Shown here: positions 24,879 through 38,300 of the stretch, piece by piece
How the letters are laid out: every line of letters starts with the position of its first letter
Numbering within the stretch: the stretch's first letter is position 1
NCBI GenBank assembly: GCA_047495785.1
Contig: JBLDXI010000056.1
Location: 558,001 to 622,000 of the forward strand
Direction of reading: 5' to 3'
DNA from: Lepidodermella squamata
Taxonomy: Eukaryota > Animalia > Gastrotricha
Length of the DNA: 64,000 bases
Made by a program: the position numbers and the translations under genes
Notes under the pieces: generated by a model
Told to the model about the DNA's origin: nothing
Database searches by the model: none
Seen by the model: the letters and a program-made list of their open reading frames with translations, nothing else

Positions 24879-26762
24879 ATGAAAGACTACTTCAAGATAT
24901 TGAACGTGCATCGGTCAGCATCGTCGGGCGACGTCAAAAAGGCTTACCATGCTTTAGGTAAGTCATACGTCATACGATAGATAGGCTGTTCATCGTTCAT
25001 GTTATATTGTTGTATGGTTTTGCAGCTAAACAACTGCACCCGGACAAGAACAAGGCGCCCGATGCAGCGGCTCAATTTCAGGTTAGCTACATGCTACCAT
25101 ATATGTAAATATCGAATGAACGCGCATTCGCACTGCGCGATTTATGTACTGTTATGTACTATTTTCAACTGATCCACCTGATTTGTACAATTGAGAAGTC
25201 GATGCAATACAAGTAATTAAAGATGACGAAAGCTGAAAGCTGGAAGATGTGCTGATATCACATTTTAATTGATGCATGTCTGATGTATTTCAGGCGCTGC
25301 AGGAGGCGTGGGAGAACCTGAAGAATGACTCGGACCGAGACATGTACCGCCGGCGCCTCGAGAACCTCGAACGTGTCGAGAAAAACGACGGGCCAAAGCC
25401 AAGTGCTCAAACAAGTAGCAGCAGCAGCAGCTCGACGAACAACAACAACGCCAGCAGTAAACCAGCAGCAGCAGCGAGTAGCAGCAGTAGCAATGCTGGG
25501 GCGAGCGGTTTCAGCTACCACCATCCCAAGTTTGACCTGATATATATATATATGCATTCACGTGACTTTTACGAACATTGAATCATGACAGGTTCACGTT
25601 CATGAAGGACGAATCGCCGCCAGCTGGTGCAGGCTACACTTGGCGGCCCAAGTCGGGAGCAGCAGCAGCAGGAGCCGGCAACTCGCGCACGTCCTTCGAC
25701 GATAGCGCCGCCTCCAACAATAAGTCGAGCAGCAACAGCAGCAAAACCAACCAGAATGGCAGCACCAGTAAGAGTAAAGCGAGCGCGGCGACAGGCGACA
25801 GAGCGAAGAACCGCTCGCAGTCGTACTTTGCGTCGCGCGACTTCTTCGCCAAGGCGTTCTCCGCCGCCTTCGCCTCGGGCCTCAACGACGAATTCGACCG
25901 CGTACGTTTGTTTCACCGCCTAGTATAAGTGCTTGCATTGTATCACTTTTGCGATTCAATTCAGGTGTTCGACGAGCTGTTCGGCGGCGGCGGCAGCGCA
26001 GACGCTGACCCGTTTTCGGCGACGTGGGCGCCGTCGTCTCGCCGCAAGCCATCATCGGCTGCGAAGGGCAGCAGGACCAGCCGGCCCGCCGCCGCCTTCA
26101 AAGTCGACTTCGACTTGGACGATGACGACAATGAGAACCATGCGGGCGGGGCTGCTTCGGATGACGAGTCGACGCGCCGTACCAGCAACACCACGTCGTT
26201 CTTCTTCTCGTCGTCGCCAGCCGGCCGTGCTAACGTGCGATTCAAACTCGGCAAAGACGACGCCGAAGATGACGATGACGACGACGACGATGCGTTGCCG
26301 ACGCACCCGCGTTTCGGCCGGCCGCACGGCAAGTTCGGCGAACGCAGCCGCAAAAATGAAGAAGGCTTCATATCGTTCGACGATCAGAATCCGAGCCTGC
26401 TGCTGAAATGCCGCTTCTGCGCCGGCAAGGTTCCGGCCGACCGCTTCGAGCAGCACGAGAAGGCGTGCAACGGCGTCCCACCCGCCGCAGCAGCAGCCAG
26501 GGCCAGCGCGCATCGGCCTGCCGTCCGCAGCGCCTCGGTCAAGCAGCGCCAACACGCGCATCCGACGCAGCAGTTTCACGGCAAAGCGACGGCGGCGGCA
26601 GGGGCAGACACCAGGCGCCGGTCGATGGGCGGCGGATCGTCGTCGCCGCCCCTCGTCAACAACACCAGCGGCAGCGCCAGTGGCAGTGGCAGTGGCATTG
26701 GTGACCCGCAATCGCAGCCGGCTCCTCGTCCGCGCTGGAATACGCAACACCGCTTCCCGTAG
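24879..26762 (+). CDS. J-domain (DnaJ/Hsp40 class C) protein with low-complexity body and C2HC-type zinc finger; exons 24879-24957, 25026-25081, 25294-25529, 25592-25901, 25965-26762
   Basis: MKDYFKILNV...VKKAYHAL|AKQLHPDKN...FQ|ALQEAWENL is a J domain with HPD. CRFC...EQHEKAC is a C2HC finger. Splice sites are in phase; the last exons are less certain. Confidence 0.8.
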
Positions 26763-28274
26763 CCCGTGTGACATATCTCACGGGATTTGCTGCTCTTCGC
26801 TCCAGTTGTTGTTTCGTTTACTTGATTACAATTAGTCACTAGCGTTACATATTGCATACATTTTATTCATCTGGAGGTCAAGCTGACTTTTTATTAATTG
26901 TGATAACTGTAGCCCTGTGCCTGCTTCTACAGAGATTTCGTATTTTTATGATTAAATCTCCAATTAACTCATTGTAATTATTTTTTTGACAATGTTTTTA
27001 AATTTAAATCTCAATTTTCATGTTGATCTCGACTACAGTCGATTTTCAGTCGACGCATTTTTAGCGAATTCATAACTCGACGCCCGGCCATTTCATTTTA
27101 CAATCAATAAAAGTGACGACCGAGTGAACGTGTTGCTTTTCTACGACTATGATATTTCTTGATAGTATTCTTGACAGTTGATACAACAGACCATCAAGGG
27201 TGAAATATTATCAGTGAGTGGCCATTGATTACAGCTGGAATGTGCCACATGACAGATCGCCGACTGATGGATTGATTGCCTTGAGCGCAGCATGCTTGCC
27301 GATCGGCAGAGGAGCAAATCAAGCGCGCCTTGATTATAACAAATCGGATTGATAAAACTTCGTTTAAAACAAAACGATTCGAGGTAAATCGCTGGGATTG
27401 AGAAATGCACATTAAACAGGTTCAGAAGACCCCGTAATTCTGATATTTGAACAACGAAGTAATCGGTCGAAAAAAGAAAGCCTTACCCGTGAGGGGCAGG
27501 CGATCGGCTTCAGTGGCCGACAGATCGGTCGCGAACAACCTGCTTTTACCCAAAAGTTCAGTTATCGATAGGTACTATTACACACTAATTGCCATTCATC
27601 CCGATCTCTGGCCGTTATTTCTGCTAATTCTAGATCCGCAATTTTGTAAATTTCAGTGCGTCGCATCAACAAGGTCGACTTACGAGGTCTACCACGTTTG
27701 ACTGTCTCATTTGTTTTCTAATACGTTTCACATAAATTTCGAACAAGCGAATTTTAAGAAGACTCATTTTCAAGCTCTCCGTCCATCGGGTTGGTGGTTT
27801 ACCGCGAGGCAAACACCAACTCGGGTCGACCGCTTTCCAACAACCGCTTTCGGTCCGAACTAGGTATGTGACCGAAATAATTCAAACGATGTTTTTCGAT
27901 TATTTTGCTCAATTGCAAAACGTCACAGATCAATCTAATATCGATGGTATGTATATAAACTGTTCTGAAAAATCCCTTAATGGTTATAAGGCAGCGCATA
28001 AAGGTAACATTAAATCTTTGTTCTTGGGCAGTGGTTAGGTTCCAGGTTTCACAGGCGTAGGTGATGGTAGGAATCACCACACATTTCAAACTTTTCAATT
28101 TAGTGGCTAGGCTTATATGTTTTCTGTTAATACACATTAACTTGTTAAAAGCACCAAAAAAGCTGCCGGCTTTCGCTAGGCGAGCTTTGATTTCCTCGTC
28201 CATTTTTCCATCTGATGTGATGATACGAGCTAAATATTTAAAAGATGTAACTTTCTCCAATAATTTTCCATCTA

Positions 28275-29128
28275 CACAGTAAAAAAAAACTCGGTTCTCA
28301 CCCAGTTGGAAAAACGGAAATTACCGTGCAGCGTTTACGGAACCCGGTAAAAACCAGATGACAACCGAGTTTTGCTACTTTTCGCAGTTACCGACCTAGC
28401 ACAACCCAGTAAGAACCATGCATCTACGAAATATCGGTTATGAACCTGGTTTGTACCGACTTTGTACCGATACTTTGCCGCATTTTAACAGAAAATATGT
28501 CTAAGTCCCTATTTCCATTGGATCGCATGTTGAATTGCACTCCCCCTCGAAAATTGGGTAGGGTATGCAGTGAGCAAAGCGCAAGCGCTAATTGGGACAA
28601 ATTGGAAACATTCATGAAAAACTTAAGAGTCGCTATTAAGGTCATGTGTAGAAGTAGGAGCCGTGGTCTAGTGGTAACGCGCGCGCTGTATGATGCCAAG
28701 GTCCCAAGTTCGAGCCTCGCTGATGACGAAAGTTAACTTATCATTTAATTTGTTTAATATTCTCTCAAATATTGTTTCTAATCGATATTAGGCGTAATCT
28801 GGGTTACAGATGCCAATATCGATTAGAAAAATCGATTTTTTATTGTTATCGATGATTTTTAATAATCGGGATGCCGATACTAAGTAAATACCGAGCTCAC
28901 AGCTATATCGATAAATACCCATCCGAAAGCTGAATGGGTTATTACCGTGTTTTTCGAAGCTCGGTTAGTTCCAGCCCGGTTTTAATCGTGTTCGATGGAA
29001 CCCGGTAAAACTCCAAAACCCGGTAATGACTGTATGTGCACAAGGTTTTTCCCTTTTTGATTAACATGTAAACTGGTTATTACTGGGTAGCTTATTTGGC
29101 ACGGTAAGCACCGAGTTTTTTTACTGTG
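28275..29128. mobile_element. 854-bp non-autonomous TIR element (CACAG...CTGTG, 2-bp TA TSD; CMC/EnSpm-like)
   Basis: TIR CACAGTAAAAAAA(AA)CTCGGT at both ends, TA at 28273-74 and 29129-30, and many subterminal ACCCGGTAA/TTACCG-like repeats. The empty site can be reconstructed from the LINE reading frame. Confidence 0.88.
28658..28722 (+). other. tRNA-derived sequence (Pol III A and B boxes) inside the MITE
   Basis: TGGTCTAGTGG (A box, ~28664-28674) and GTTCGAGCC (B box, ~28708-28716) at tRNA-like spacing. No convincing acceptor or anticodon stems, so not a functional tRNA. Confidence 0.6.
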
Positions 29129-29342
29129 TAGTTCCGGTTAATCATTCTTATTCTCCCCGACCACCATTTGCTAACGCTAATTTTCAAACCAAGCTGCTGG
29201 CAGGCCATATTGATCACATCAAGCAATGTTTACTTTTTCCTAATGGGTCATGCCGGTTAAGGTTCCGTCATCACCAAATGCTATCAGGTTCAAAATCTAA
29301 TTACCAGAGACGGGGATGCCACCCGGGGTGTCCCTCAATTTT

Positions 29343-32300
29343 CAATGGCCACGCATAGCCTGCCAACGCGTTTGCGATTGCTGCCACTAACGAATGAAGC
29401 GCGAAAATGCCCGAATCGGCTGGTTTGGGCACGATGCCGATTCGTGGCGATGCGTACAAGGGTGAATATAGCGATTCCAGCATTCTTTGGCTGGCAGCGG
29501 AATACCGGTCAGCTGCAATGGCCGCGAATAGCCTGCCAACGCGTTTGCGCTTGCTGCCGCTACCGAATGAAGCGCGAATATGCCCGATTCGGCTGGTTTG
29601 GGCACGATGCCGATTCGTAGCGATGCGTACAAGGGTGAATACAGCGATTCCAGCCTTCTTTGGCTGGCAGCGGAATACCGGTCAGCTGCAATGGCCGCGA
29701 ATAGCCTGCCAACGCGTTTGCGCTTGCTGCCGCTACCGAATGAAGCGCGAATATGCCCGATTCGGCTGGTTTGGGCACGATGCCGATTCGTGGCGATGCG
29801 TACAAGGGTGAATACAGCGATTCCATCCTTCTTTGGCTGGCAGCGGAATACCGGTCAGCTGCAATGGCCGCGAATAGCCTGCCAACGCGTTTGCGCTTGC
29901 TGCCACTACCGAATGAAGCGCGAAAATGCCCGAATCGGCTGGTTTGGGCACGATGCCGATTCGTGACGATGCGTACAAGGGTGTTTACAGCGATTCCAGC
30001 CTTCTATGGCTGGCAGCGGAATACCGGTCAGCTGCAATGGCCGCGAATAGCCTGCCAAAGCGTTTGCGCTTGCTGCCACTAACGAATGAAGCGGGAATAA
30101 TCCCGAATCGGCTGGTTTGGGCACGATGCCGATTCGTGGCGATGCGTACAAGGGTGAATACAGCGATTCCAACCTTCTTTGGCTGGCAGCGGAATACCGG
30201 TCAGCTGCAATGGCCGCGAATAGCCTGCCAACGCGTTTGCGCTTGCTGCCACTACCGAATGAAGCGCGAATATGCCCGATTCGGCTGGTTTGGGCACGAT
30301 GCCGATTCGTGGCGATGCGTACAAGGGTGAATACAGCGATTCCAACCTTCTTTGGCTGGCAGCGGAATACCGGTCAGCTGCAATGGCCGCGAATAGCCTG
30401 CCAACGCGTTTGCGCTTGCTGCCACTACCGAATGAAGCGCGAAAATGCCCGAATCGGCTGGTTTGGGCACGATGCCGATTCGTGGCGATGCGTACAAGGG
30501 TGTTTACAGCGATTCCAGCATTCTTTGGCTGGCAGCGGAATACCGGTCAGCTGCAATGGCCGCGAATAGCCTGCCAACGCGTTTGCGCTTGCTGCCGCTA
30601 ACGAATGAAGCGCGAAAATGCCCGAATCGGCTGGTTTAGGCACGATGCCGATTCGTGGCGATGCGTACAAGGGTGAATACAGCGATTCCATCCTTCTTTG
30701 GCTGGCAGCGGAATACCGGTCAGCTGCAATGGCCGCGAATAGCCTGCCAACGCGTTTGCGCTTGCTGCCACTACCGAATGAAGCGCGAATATGCCCGATT
30801 CGGCTGGTTTGGGCACGATGCCGATTCGTTGCGATGCGTACAAGGGTGAATACAGCGATTCCAGCATTCTTTGGCCGGCAGCGGAATACCGGTCAGCTGC
30901 AATGGCCGCGAATAGCCTGCCAACGCGTTTGCGCTTGCTGCCGCTAACGAATGAAGCGCGAAAATGCCCGAATCGGCTGGTTTAGGCACGATGCCGATTC
31001 GTGGCGATGCGTACAAGGGTGAATACAGCGATTCCATCCTTCTTTGGCTGGCAGCGGAATACCGGTCAGCTGCAATGGCCGCGAATAGCCTGCCAAAGCG
31101 TTTGCGCTTGCTGCCACTAACGAATGAAGCGGGAATAATCCCGAATCGGCTGGTTTGGGCACGATGCCGATTCGTGGCGATGCGTACAAGGGTGAATACA
31201 GCGATTCCAACCTTCTTTGGCTGGCAGCGGAATACCGGTCAGCTGCAATGGCCGCGAATAGCCTGCCAACGCGTTTGCGCTTGCTGCCACTACCGAATGA
31301 AGCGCGAATATGCCCGATTCGGCTGGTTTGGGCACGATGCCGATTCGTGGCGATGCGTACAAGGGTGTTTACAGCGATTCCAGCATTCTTTGGCTGGCAG
31401 CGGAATACCGGTCAGCTGCAATGGCCGCGAATAGCCTGCCAACGCGTTTGCGCTTGCTGCCGCTAACGAATGAAGCGCGAAAATGCCCGAATCGGCTGGT
31501 TTAGGCACGATGCCGATTCGTGGCGATGCGTACAAGGGTGAATACAGCGATTCCATCCTTCTTCGGCTGGCAGCGGAATACCGGTCAGCTGCAATGGCCG
31601 CGAATAGCCTGCCAACGCGTTTGCGCTTGCTGCCACTACCGAATGAAGCGCGAATATGCCCGATTCGGCTGGTTTGGGCACGATGCCGATTCGTTGCGAT
31701 GCGTACAAGGGTGAATACAGCGATTCCAGCATTCTTTGGCCGGCAGCGGAATACCGGTCAGCTGCAATGGCCGCGAATAGCCTGCCAACGCGTTTGCGCT
31801 TGCTGCCGCTAACGAATGAAGCGCGAAAATGCCCGAATCGGCTGGTTTAGGCACGATGCCGATTCGTGGCGATGCGTACAAGGGTGAATACAGCGATTCC
31901 ATCCTTCTTTGGCTGGCAGCGGAATACCGGTCAGCTGCAATGGCCGCGAATAGCCTGCCAAAGCGTTTGCGCTTGCTGCCACTAACGAATGAAGCGGGAA
32001 TAATCCCGAATCGGCTGGTTTGGGCACGATGCCGATTCGTGGCGATGCGTACAAGGGTGAATACAGCGATTCCAACCTTCTGTGGCTGGCAGCGGAATAC
32101 CGGTCAGCTGCAATGGCCGCGAATAGCCTGCCAACGCGTTTGCGCTTGCTGCCACTACCGAATGAAGCGCGAATATGCCCGATTCGGCTGGTTTGGGCAC
32201 GATGCCGATTCGTAGCGATGCGTACAAGGGTGAATACAGCGATTCCAGCCTTCTTTGGCTGGCAGCGGAATACCGGTCAGCTGCAATGGCCGCGAATAGC

Positions 32301-35300
32301 CTGCCAACGCGTTTGCGCTTGCTGCCACTACCAAATGAAGCGCGAATATGCCCGATTCGGCTGGTTTGGGCACGATGCCGATTCGTAGCGATGCGTACAA
32401 GGGTGAATACAGCGATTCCAGCCTTCTGTGGCTGGCAGCGGAATACCGGTCAGCTGCAATGGCCGCGAATAGCCTGCCAACGCGTTTGCGCTTGCTGCCA
32501 CTACCGAATGAAGCGCGAATATGCCCGATTCGGCTGGTTTGGGCACGATGCCGATTCGTAGCGATGCGTACAAGGGTGAATACAGCGATTCCAACCTTCT
32601 TTGGCTGGCAGCGGAATACCGGTCAGCTGCAATGGCCGCGAATAGCCTGCCAAAGCGTTTGCGCTTGCTGCCACTAACGAATGAAGCGGGAATAATCCCG
32701 AATCGGCTGGTTTGGGCACGATGCCGATTCGTGGCGATGCGTACAAGGGTGAATACAGCGATTCCAGCCTTCTGTGGCTGGCAGCGGAATACCGGTCAGC
32801 TGCAATGGCCGCGAATAGCCTGCCAACGCGTTTGCGCTTGCTGCCACTACCGAATGAAGCGCGAATATGCCCGATTCGGCTGGTTTGGGCACGATGCCGA
32901 TTCGTAGCGATGCGTACAAGGGTGAATACAGCGATTCCAACCTTCTTTGGCTGGCAGCGGAATACCGGTCAGCTGCAATGGCCGCGAATAGCCTGCCAAA
33001 GCGTTTGCGCTTGCTGCCACTAACGAATGAAGCGGGAATAATCCCGAATCGGCTGGTTTGGGCACGATGCCGATTCGTGGCGATGCGTACAAGGGTGAAT
33101 ACAGCGATTCCAACCTTCTTTGGCTGGCAGCGGAATACCGGTCAGCTGCAATGGCCGCGAATAGCCTGCCAACGCGTTTGCGCTTGCTGCCACTACCGAA
33201 TGAAGCGCGAATATGCCCGATTCGGCTGGTTTGGGCACGATGCCGATTCGTAGCGATGCGTACAAGGGTGAATACAGCGATTCCAGCATTCTTTGGCTGG
33301 CAGCGGAATACCGGTCAGCTGCAATGGCCGCGAATAGCCTGCCAACGCGTTTGCGCTTGCTGCCACTACCGAATGAAGCGCGAATATGCCCGATTCGGCT
33401 GGTTTGGGCACGATGCCGATTCGTTGCGATGCGTACAAGGGTGAATACAGCGATTCCAGCATTCTTTGGCCGGCAGCGGAATACCGGTCAGCTGCAATGG
33501 CCGCGAATAGCCTGCCAACGCGTTTGCGCTTGCTGCCGCTAACGAATGAAGCGCGAAAATGCCCGAATCGGCTGGTTTAGGCACGATGCCGATTCGTGGC
33601 GATGCGTACAAGGGTGAATACAGCGATTCCATCCTTCTTTGGCTGGCAGCGGAATACCGGTCAGCTGCAATGGCCGCGAATAGCCTGCCAAAGCGTTTGC
33701 GCTTGCTGCCACTAACGAATGAAGCGGGAATAATCCCGAATCGGCTGGTTTGGGCACGATGCCGATTCGTGGCGATGCGTACAAGGGTGAATACAGCGAT
33801 TCCAACCTTCTTTGGCTGGCAGCGGAATACCGGTCAGCTGCAATGGCCGCGAATAGCCTGCCAACGCGTTTGCGCTTGCTGCCACTACCGAATGAAGCGC
33901 GAATATGCCCGATTCGGCTGGTTTGGGCACGATGCCGATTCGTAGCGATGCGTACAAGGGTGAATACAGCGATTCCAGCATTCTTTGGCTGGCAGCGGAA
34001 TACCGGTCAGCTGCAATGGCCGCGAATAGCCTGCCAAAGCGTTTGCGCTTGCTGCCACTAACGAATGAAGCGGGAATAATCCCGAATCGGCTGGTTTGGG
34101 CACGATGCCGATTCGTGGCGATGCGTACAAGGGTGAATACAGCGATTCCAACCTTCTTTGGCTGGCAGCGGAATACCGGTCAGCTGCAATGGCCGCGAAT
34201 AGCCTGCCAACGCGTTTGCGCTTGCTGCCACTACCGAATGAAGCGCGAATATGCCCGATTCGGCTGGTTTGGGCACGATGCCGATTCGTAGCGATGCGTA
34301 CAAGGGTGAATACAGCGATTCCAGCATTCTTTGGCTGGCAGCGGAATACCGGTCAGCTGCAATGGCCGCGAATAGCCTGCCAACGCGTTTGCGCTTGCTG
34401 CCACTACCGAATGAAGCGCGAATATGCCCGATTCGGCTGGTTTGGGCACGATGCCGATTCGTAGCGATGCGTACAAGGGTGAATACAGCGATTCCAGCCT
34501 TCTGTGGCTGGCAGCGGAATACCGGTCAGCTGCAATGGCCGCGAATAGCCTGCCAACGCGTTTGCGCTTGCTGCCACTACCGAATGAAGCGCGAATATGC
34601 CCGATTCGGCTGGTTTGGGCACGATGCCGATTCGTAGCGATGCGTACAAGGGTGAATACAGCGATTCCAACCTTCTTTGGCTGGCAGCGGAATACCGGTC
34701 AGCTGCAATGGCCGCGAATAGCCTGCCAAAGCGTTTGCGCTTGCTGCCACTAACGAATGAAGCGGGAATAATCCCGAATCGGCTGGTTTGGGCACGATGC
34801 CGATTCGTGGCGATGCGTACAAGGGTGAATACAGCGATTCCAACCTTCTTTGGCTGGCAGCGGAATACCGGTCAGCTGCAATGGCCGCGAATAGCCTGCC
34901 AACGCGTTTGCGCTTGCTGCCACTACCGAATGAAGCGCGAATATGCCCGATTCGGCTGGTTTGGGTACGATGCCGATTCGTAGCGATGCGTACAAGGGTG
35001 AATACAGCGATTCCAGCATTCTTTGGCTGGCAGCGGAATCCCGGTCAGCTGCAATGGCCGCGAATAGCCTGCCAAAGCGTTTGCGCTTGCTGCCACTAAC
35101 GAATGAAGCGGGAATAATCCCGAATCGGCTGGTTTGGGCACGATGCCGATTCGTGGCGATGCGTACAAGGGTGAATACAGCGATTCCAACCTTCTTTGGC
35201 TGGCAGCGGAATACCGGTCAGCTGCAATGGCCGCGAATAGCCTGCCAACGCGTTTGCGCTTGCTGCCACTACCGAATGAAGCGCGAATATGCCCGATTCG

Positions 35301-38300
35301 GCTGGTTTGGGCACGATGCCGATTCGTAGCGATGCGTACAAGGGTGAATACAGCGATTCCAGCCTTCTTTGGCTGGCAGCGGAATACCGGTCAGCTGCAA
35401 TGGCCGCGAATAGCCTGCCAACGCGTTTGCGCTTGCTGCCACTACCGAATGAAGCGCGAATATGCCCGATTCGGCTGGTTTGGGCACGATGCCGATTCGT
35501 AGCGATGCGTACAAGGGTGAATACAGCGATTCCAGCCTTCTGTGGCTGGCAGCGGAATACCGGTCAGCTGCAATGGCCGCGAATAGCCTGCCAACGCGTT
35601 TGCGCTTGCTGCCACTACCGAATGAAGCGCGAATATGCCCGATTCGGCTGGTTTGGGCACGATGCCGATTCGTAGCGATGCGTACAAGGGTGAATACAGC
35701 GATTCCAGCCTTCTTTGGCTGGCAGCGGAATACCGGTCAGCTGCAATGGCCGCGAATAGCCTGCCAACGCGTTTGCGCTTGCTGCCACTACCGAATGAAG
35801 CGCGAATATGCCCGATTCGGCTGGTTTGGGCACGATGCCGATTCGTAGCGATTCGTACAAGGGTGAATACAGCGATTCCAGCCTTCTTTGGCTGGCAGCG
35901 GAATACCGGTCAGCTGCAATGGCCGCGAATAGCCTGCCAAAGCGTTTGCGCTTGCTGCCACTAACGAATGAAGCGGGAATAATCCCGAATCGGCTGGTTT
36001 GGGCACGATGCCGATTCGTGGCGATGCGTACAAGGGTGAATACAGCGATTCCAACCTTCTTTGGCTGGCAGCGGAATACCGGTCAGCTGCAATGGCCGCG
36101 AATAGCCTGCCAACGCGTTTGCGCTTGCTGCCACTACCGAATGAAGCGCGAATATGCCCGATTCGGCTGGTTTGGGCACGATGCCGATTCGTAGCGATGC
36201 GTACAAGGGTGAATACAGCGATTCCAGCATTCTTTGGCTGGCAGCGGAATACCGGTCAGCTGCAATGGCCGCGAATAGCCTGCCAAAGCGTTTGCGCTTG
36301 CTGCCACTAACGAATGAAGCGGGAATAATCCCGAATCGGCTGGTTTGGGCACGATGCCGATTCGTGGCGATGCGTACAAGGGTGAATACAGCGATTCCAA
36401 CCTTCTTTGGCTGGCAGCGGAATACCGGTCAGCTGCAATGGCCGCGAATAGCCTGCCAACGCGTTTGCGCTTGCTGCCACTACCGAATGAAGCGCGAATA
36501 ATCCCGAATCGGCTGGTTTGGGCACGATGCCGATTCGTAGCGATGCGTACAAGGGTGAATACAGCGATTCCAGCCTTCTGTGGCTGGCAGCGGAATACCG
36601 GTCAGCTGCAATGGCCGCGAATAGCCTGCCAACGCGTTTGCGCTTGCTGCCGCTACCGAATGAAGCGCGAAAAAGCCCGAATCGGCTGGTTTGGGCACGA
36701 TGCCGATTCGTGGCGATGCGTACAAGGGTGGATACAGCGATTCCAGCATTCTTTGGCTGGCAGCGGAATACCGGTCAGCTGCAATGGCCGCGAATAGCCT
36801 GCCAACGCGTTTGCGCTTGCTGCCGCTACCGAATGAAGCGCGAAAATGCCCGAATCGGCTGGTTTGGGCACGATGCCGATTCGTGGCGATGCGTACAAGG
36901 GTGGATACAGCGATTCCAGCATTCTTTGGCTGGCAGCGGAATACCGGTCAGCTGCAATGGCCGCGAATAGCCTGCCAACGCGTTTGCGCTTGCTGCCGCT
37001 ACCGAATGAAGCGCGAATATGCCCGATTCGGCTGGTTTGGGCATGATGCCGATTCGTGGCGATGCGTACAAGGGTGAATACAGCGATTCCAACCTTCTTT
37101 GGCTGGCAGCGGAATACCGGTCAGCTGCAATGGCCGCGAATAGCCTGCCAACGCGTTTGCGCTTGCTGCCGCTACCGAATGAAGCGCGAAAATGCCCGAA
37201 TCGGCTGGTTTGGGCACGATGCCGATTCGTGGCGATGCGTACAAGGGTGGATACAGCGATTCCAGCATTCTTTGGCTGGCAGCGGAATACCGGTCAGCTG
37301 CAATGGCCGCGAATAGCCTGCCAACGCGTTTGCGCTTGCTGCCGCTACCGAATGAAGCGCGAATATGCCCGATTCGGCTGGTTTGGGCATGATGGCGATT
37401 CGTGGCGATGCGTACAAGGGTGAATACAGCGATTCCAACCTTCTTTGGCTGGCAGCGGAATACCGGTCAGCTGCAATGGCCGCGAATAGCCTGCCAACGC
37501 GTTTGCGCTTGCTGCCGCTACCGAATGAAGCGCGAAAATGCCCGAATCGGCTGGTTTGGGCACGATGCCGATTCGTGGCGATGCGTACAAGGGTGGATAC
37601 AGCGATTCCAGCATTCTTTGGCTGGCAGCGGAATACCGGTCAGCTGCAATGGCCGCGAATAGCCTGCCAACGCGTTTGCGCTTGCTGCCGCTACCGAATG
37701 AAGCGCGAAAATGCCCGAATCGGCTGGTTTGGGCACGATGCCGATTCGTGGCGATGCGTACAAGGGTGAATACAGCGATTCCAACCTTCTTTGGCTGGCA
37801 GCGGAATACCGGTCAGCTGCAATGGCCGCGAATAGCCTGCCAACGCGTTTGCGCTTGCTGCCACTACCGAATGAAGCGCGAATAAGCCCGATTCGGCTGG
37901 TTTGGGCACGATGCCGATTCGTAGCGATGCGTACAAGGGTGAATACAGCGATTCCAGCCTTCTTTGGCTGGCAGCGGAATACCGGTCAGCTGCAATGGCC
38001 GCGAATAGCCTGCCAACGCGTTTGCGCTTGCTAACACTACCGAATGAAGCGCGAATATGCCCGATTCGGCTGGTTTGGGCACGATGCCGATTCGTAGCGA
38101 TGCGTACAAGGGTGAATACAGCGATTCCAGCCTTCTTTGGCTGGCAGCGGAATACCGGTCAGCTGCAATGGCCGCGAATAGCCTGCCAACGCGTTTGCGC
38201 TTGCTAACACTACCGAATGAAGCGCGAATATGCCCGATTCGGCTGGTTTGGGCACGATGCCGATTCGTAGCGATGCGTACAAGGGTGAATACAGCGATTC

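Larger units (their letters stand above)
27690..29342 (-). mobile_element. Decayed RTE-type LINE (RT catalytic region to C-terminus), interrupted by a MITE and truncated by the satellite
   Basis: Minus strand reads GGIPVSGN*ILNLIAFGDD (FGDD at 29278-29267), QQLGLKIS, ELDGKLLEKVTSFKYL, EEIKARLAKA, TYACETW, RLNYFGHI and PRGKPPTRW (RTE-like C-terminal motif). Removing 28275-29128 plus one TA restores the frame. Confidence 0.85.

Noticed and set aside
28658-28722. Functional tRNA gene
   Set aside because: A and B boxes are present but acceptor and anticodon stems do not pair convincingly, and it lies within a MITE
29908-29927. Hammerhead ribozyme / retrozyme core (CCGAATGA-AGCGC-GAAA)
   Set aside because: Does not match CUGANGA (substitution plus extra base), about half the monomers read GAAT instead of GAAA, and no stem I/III with an NUH site was found; the minus strand has CTGACCGG only
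30824-30840. CENP-B box in ATTCGTTGCGATGCGTA
   Set aside because: Spacing and the terminal CGGG of the nTTCGnnnnAnnCGGGn consensus are not met
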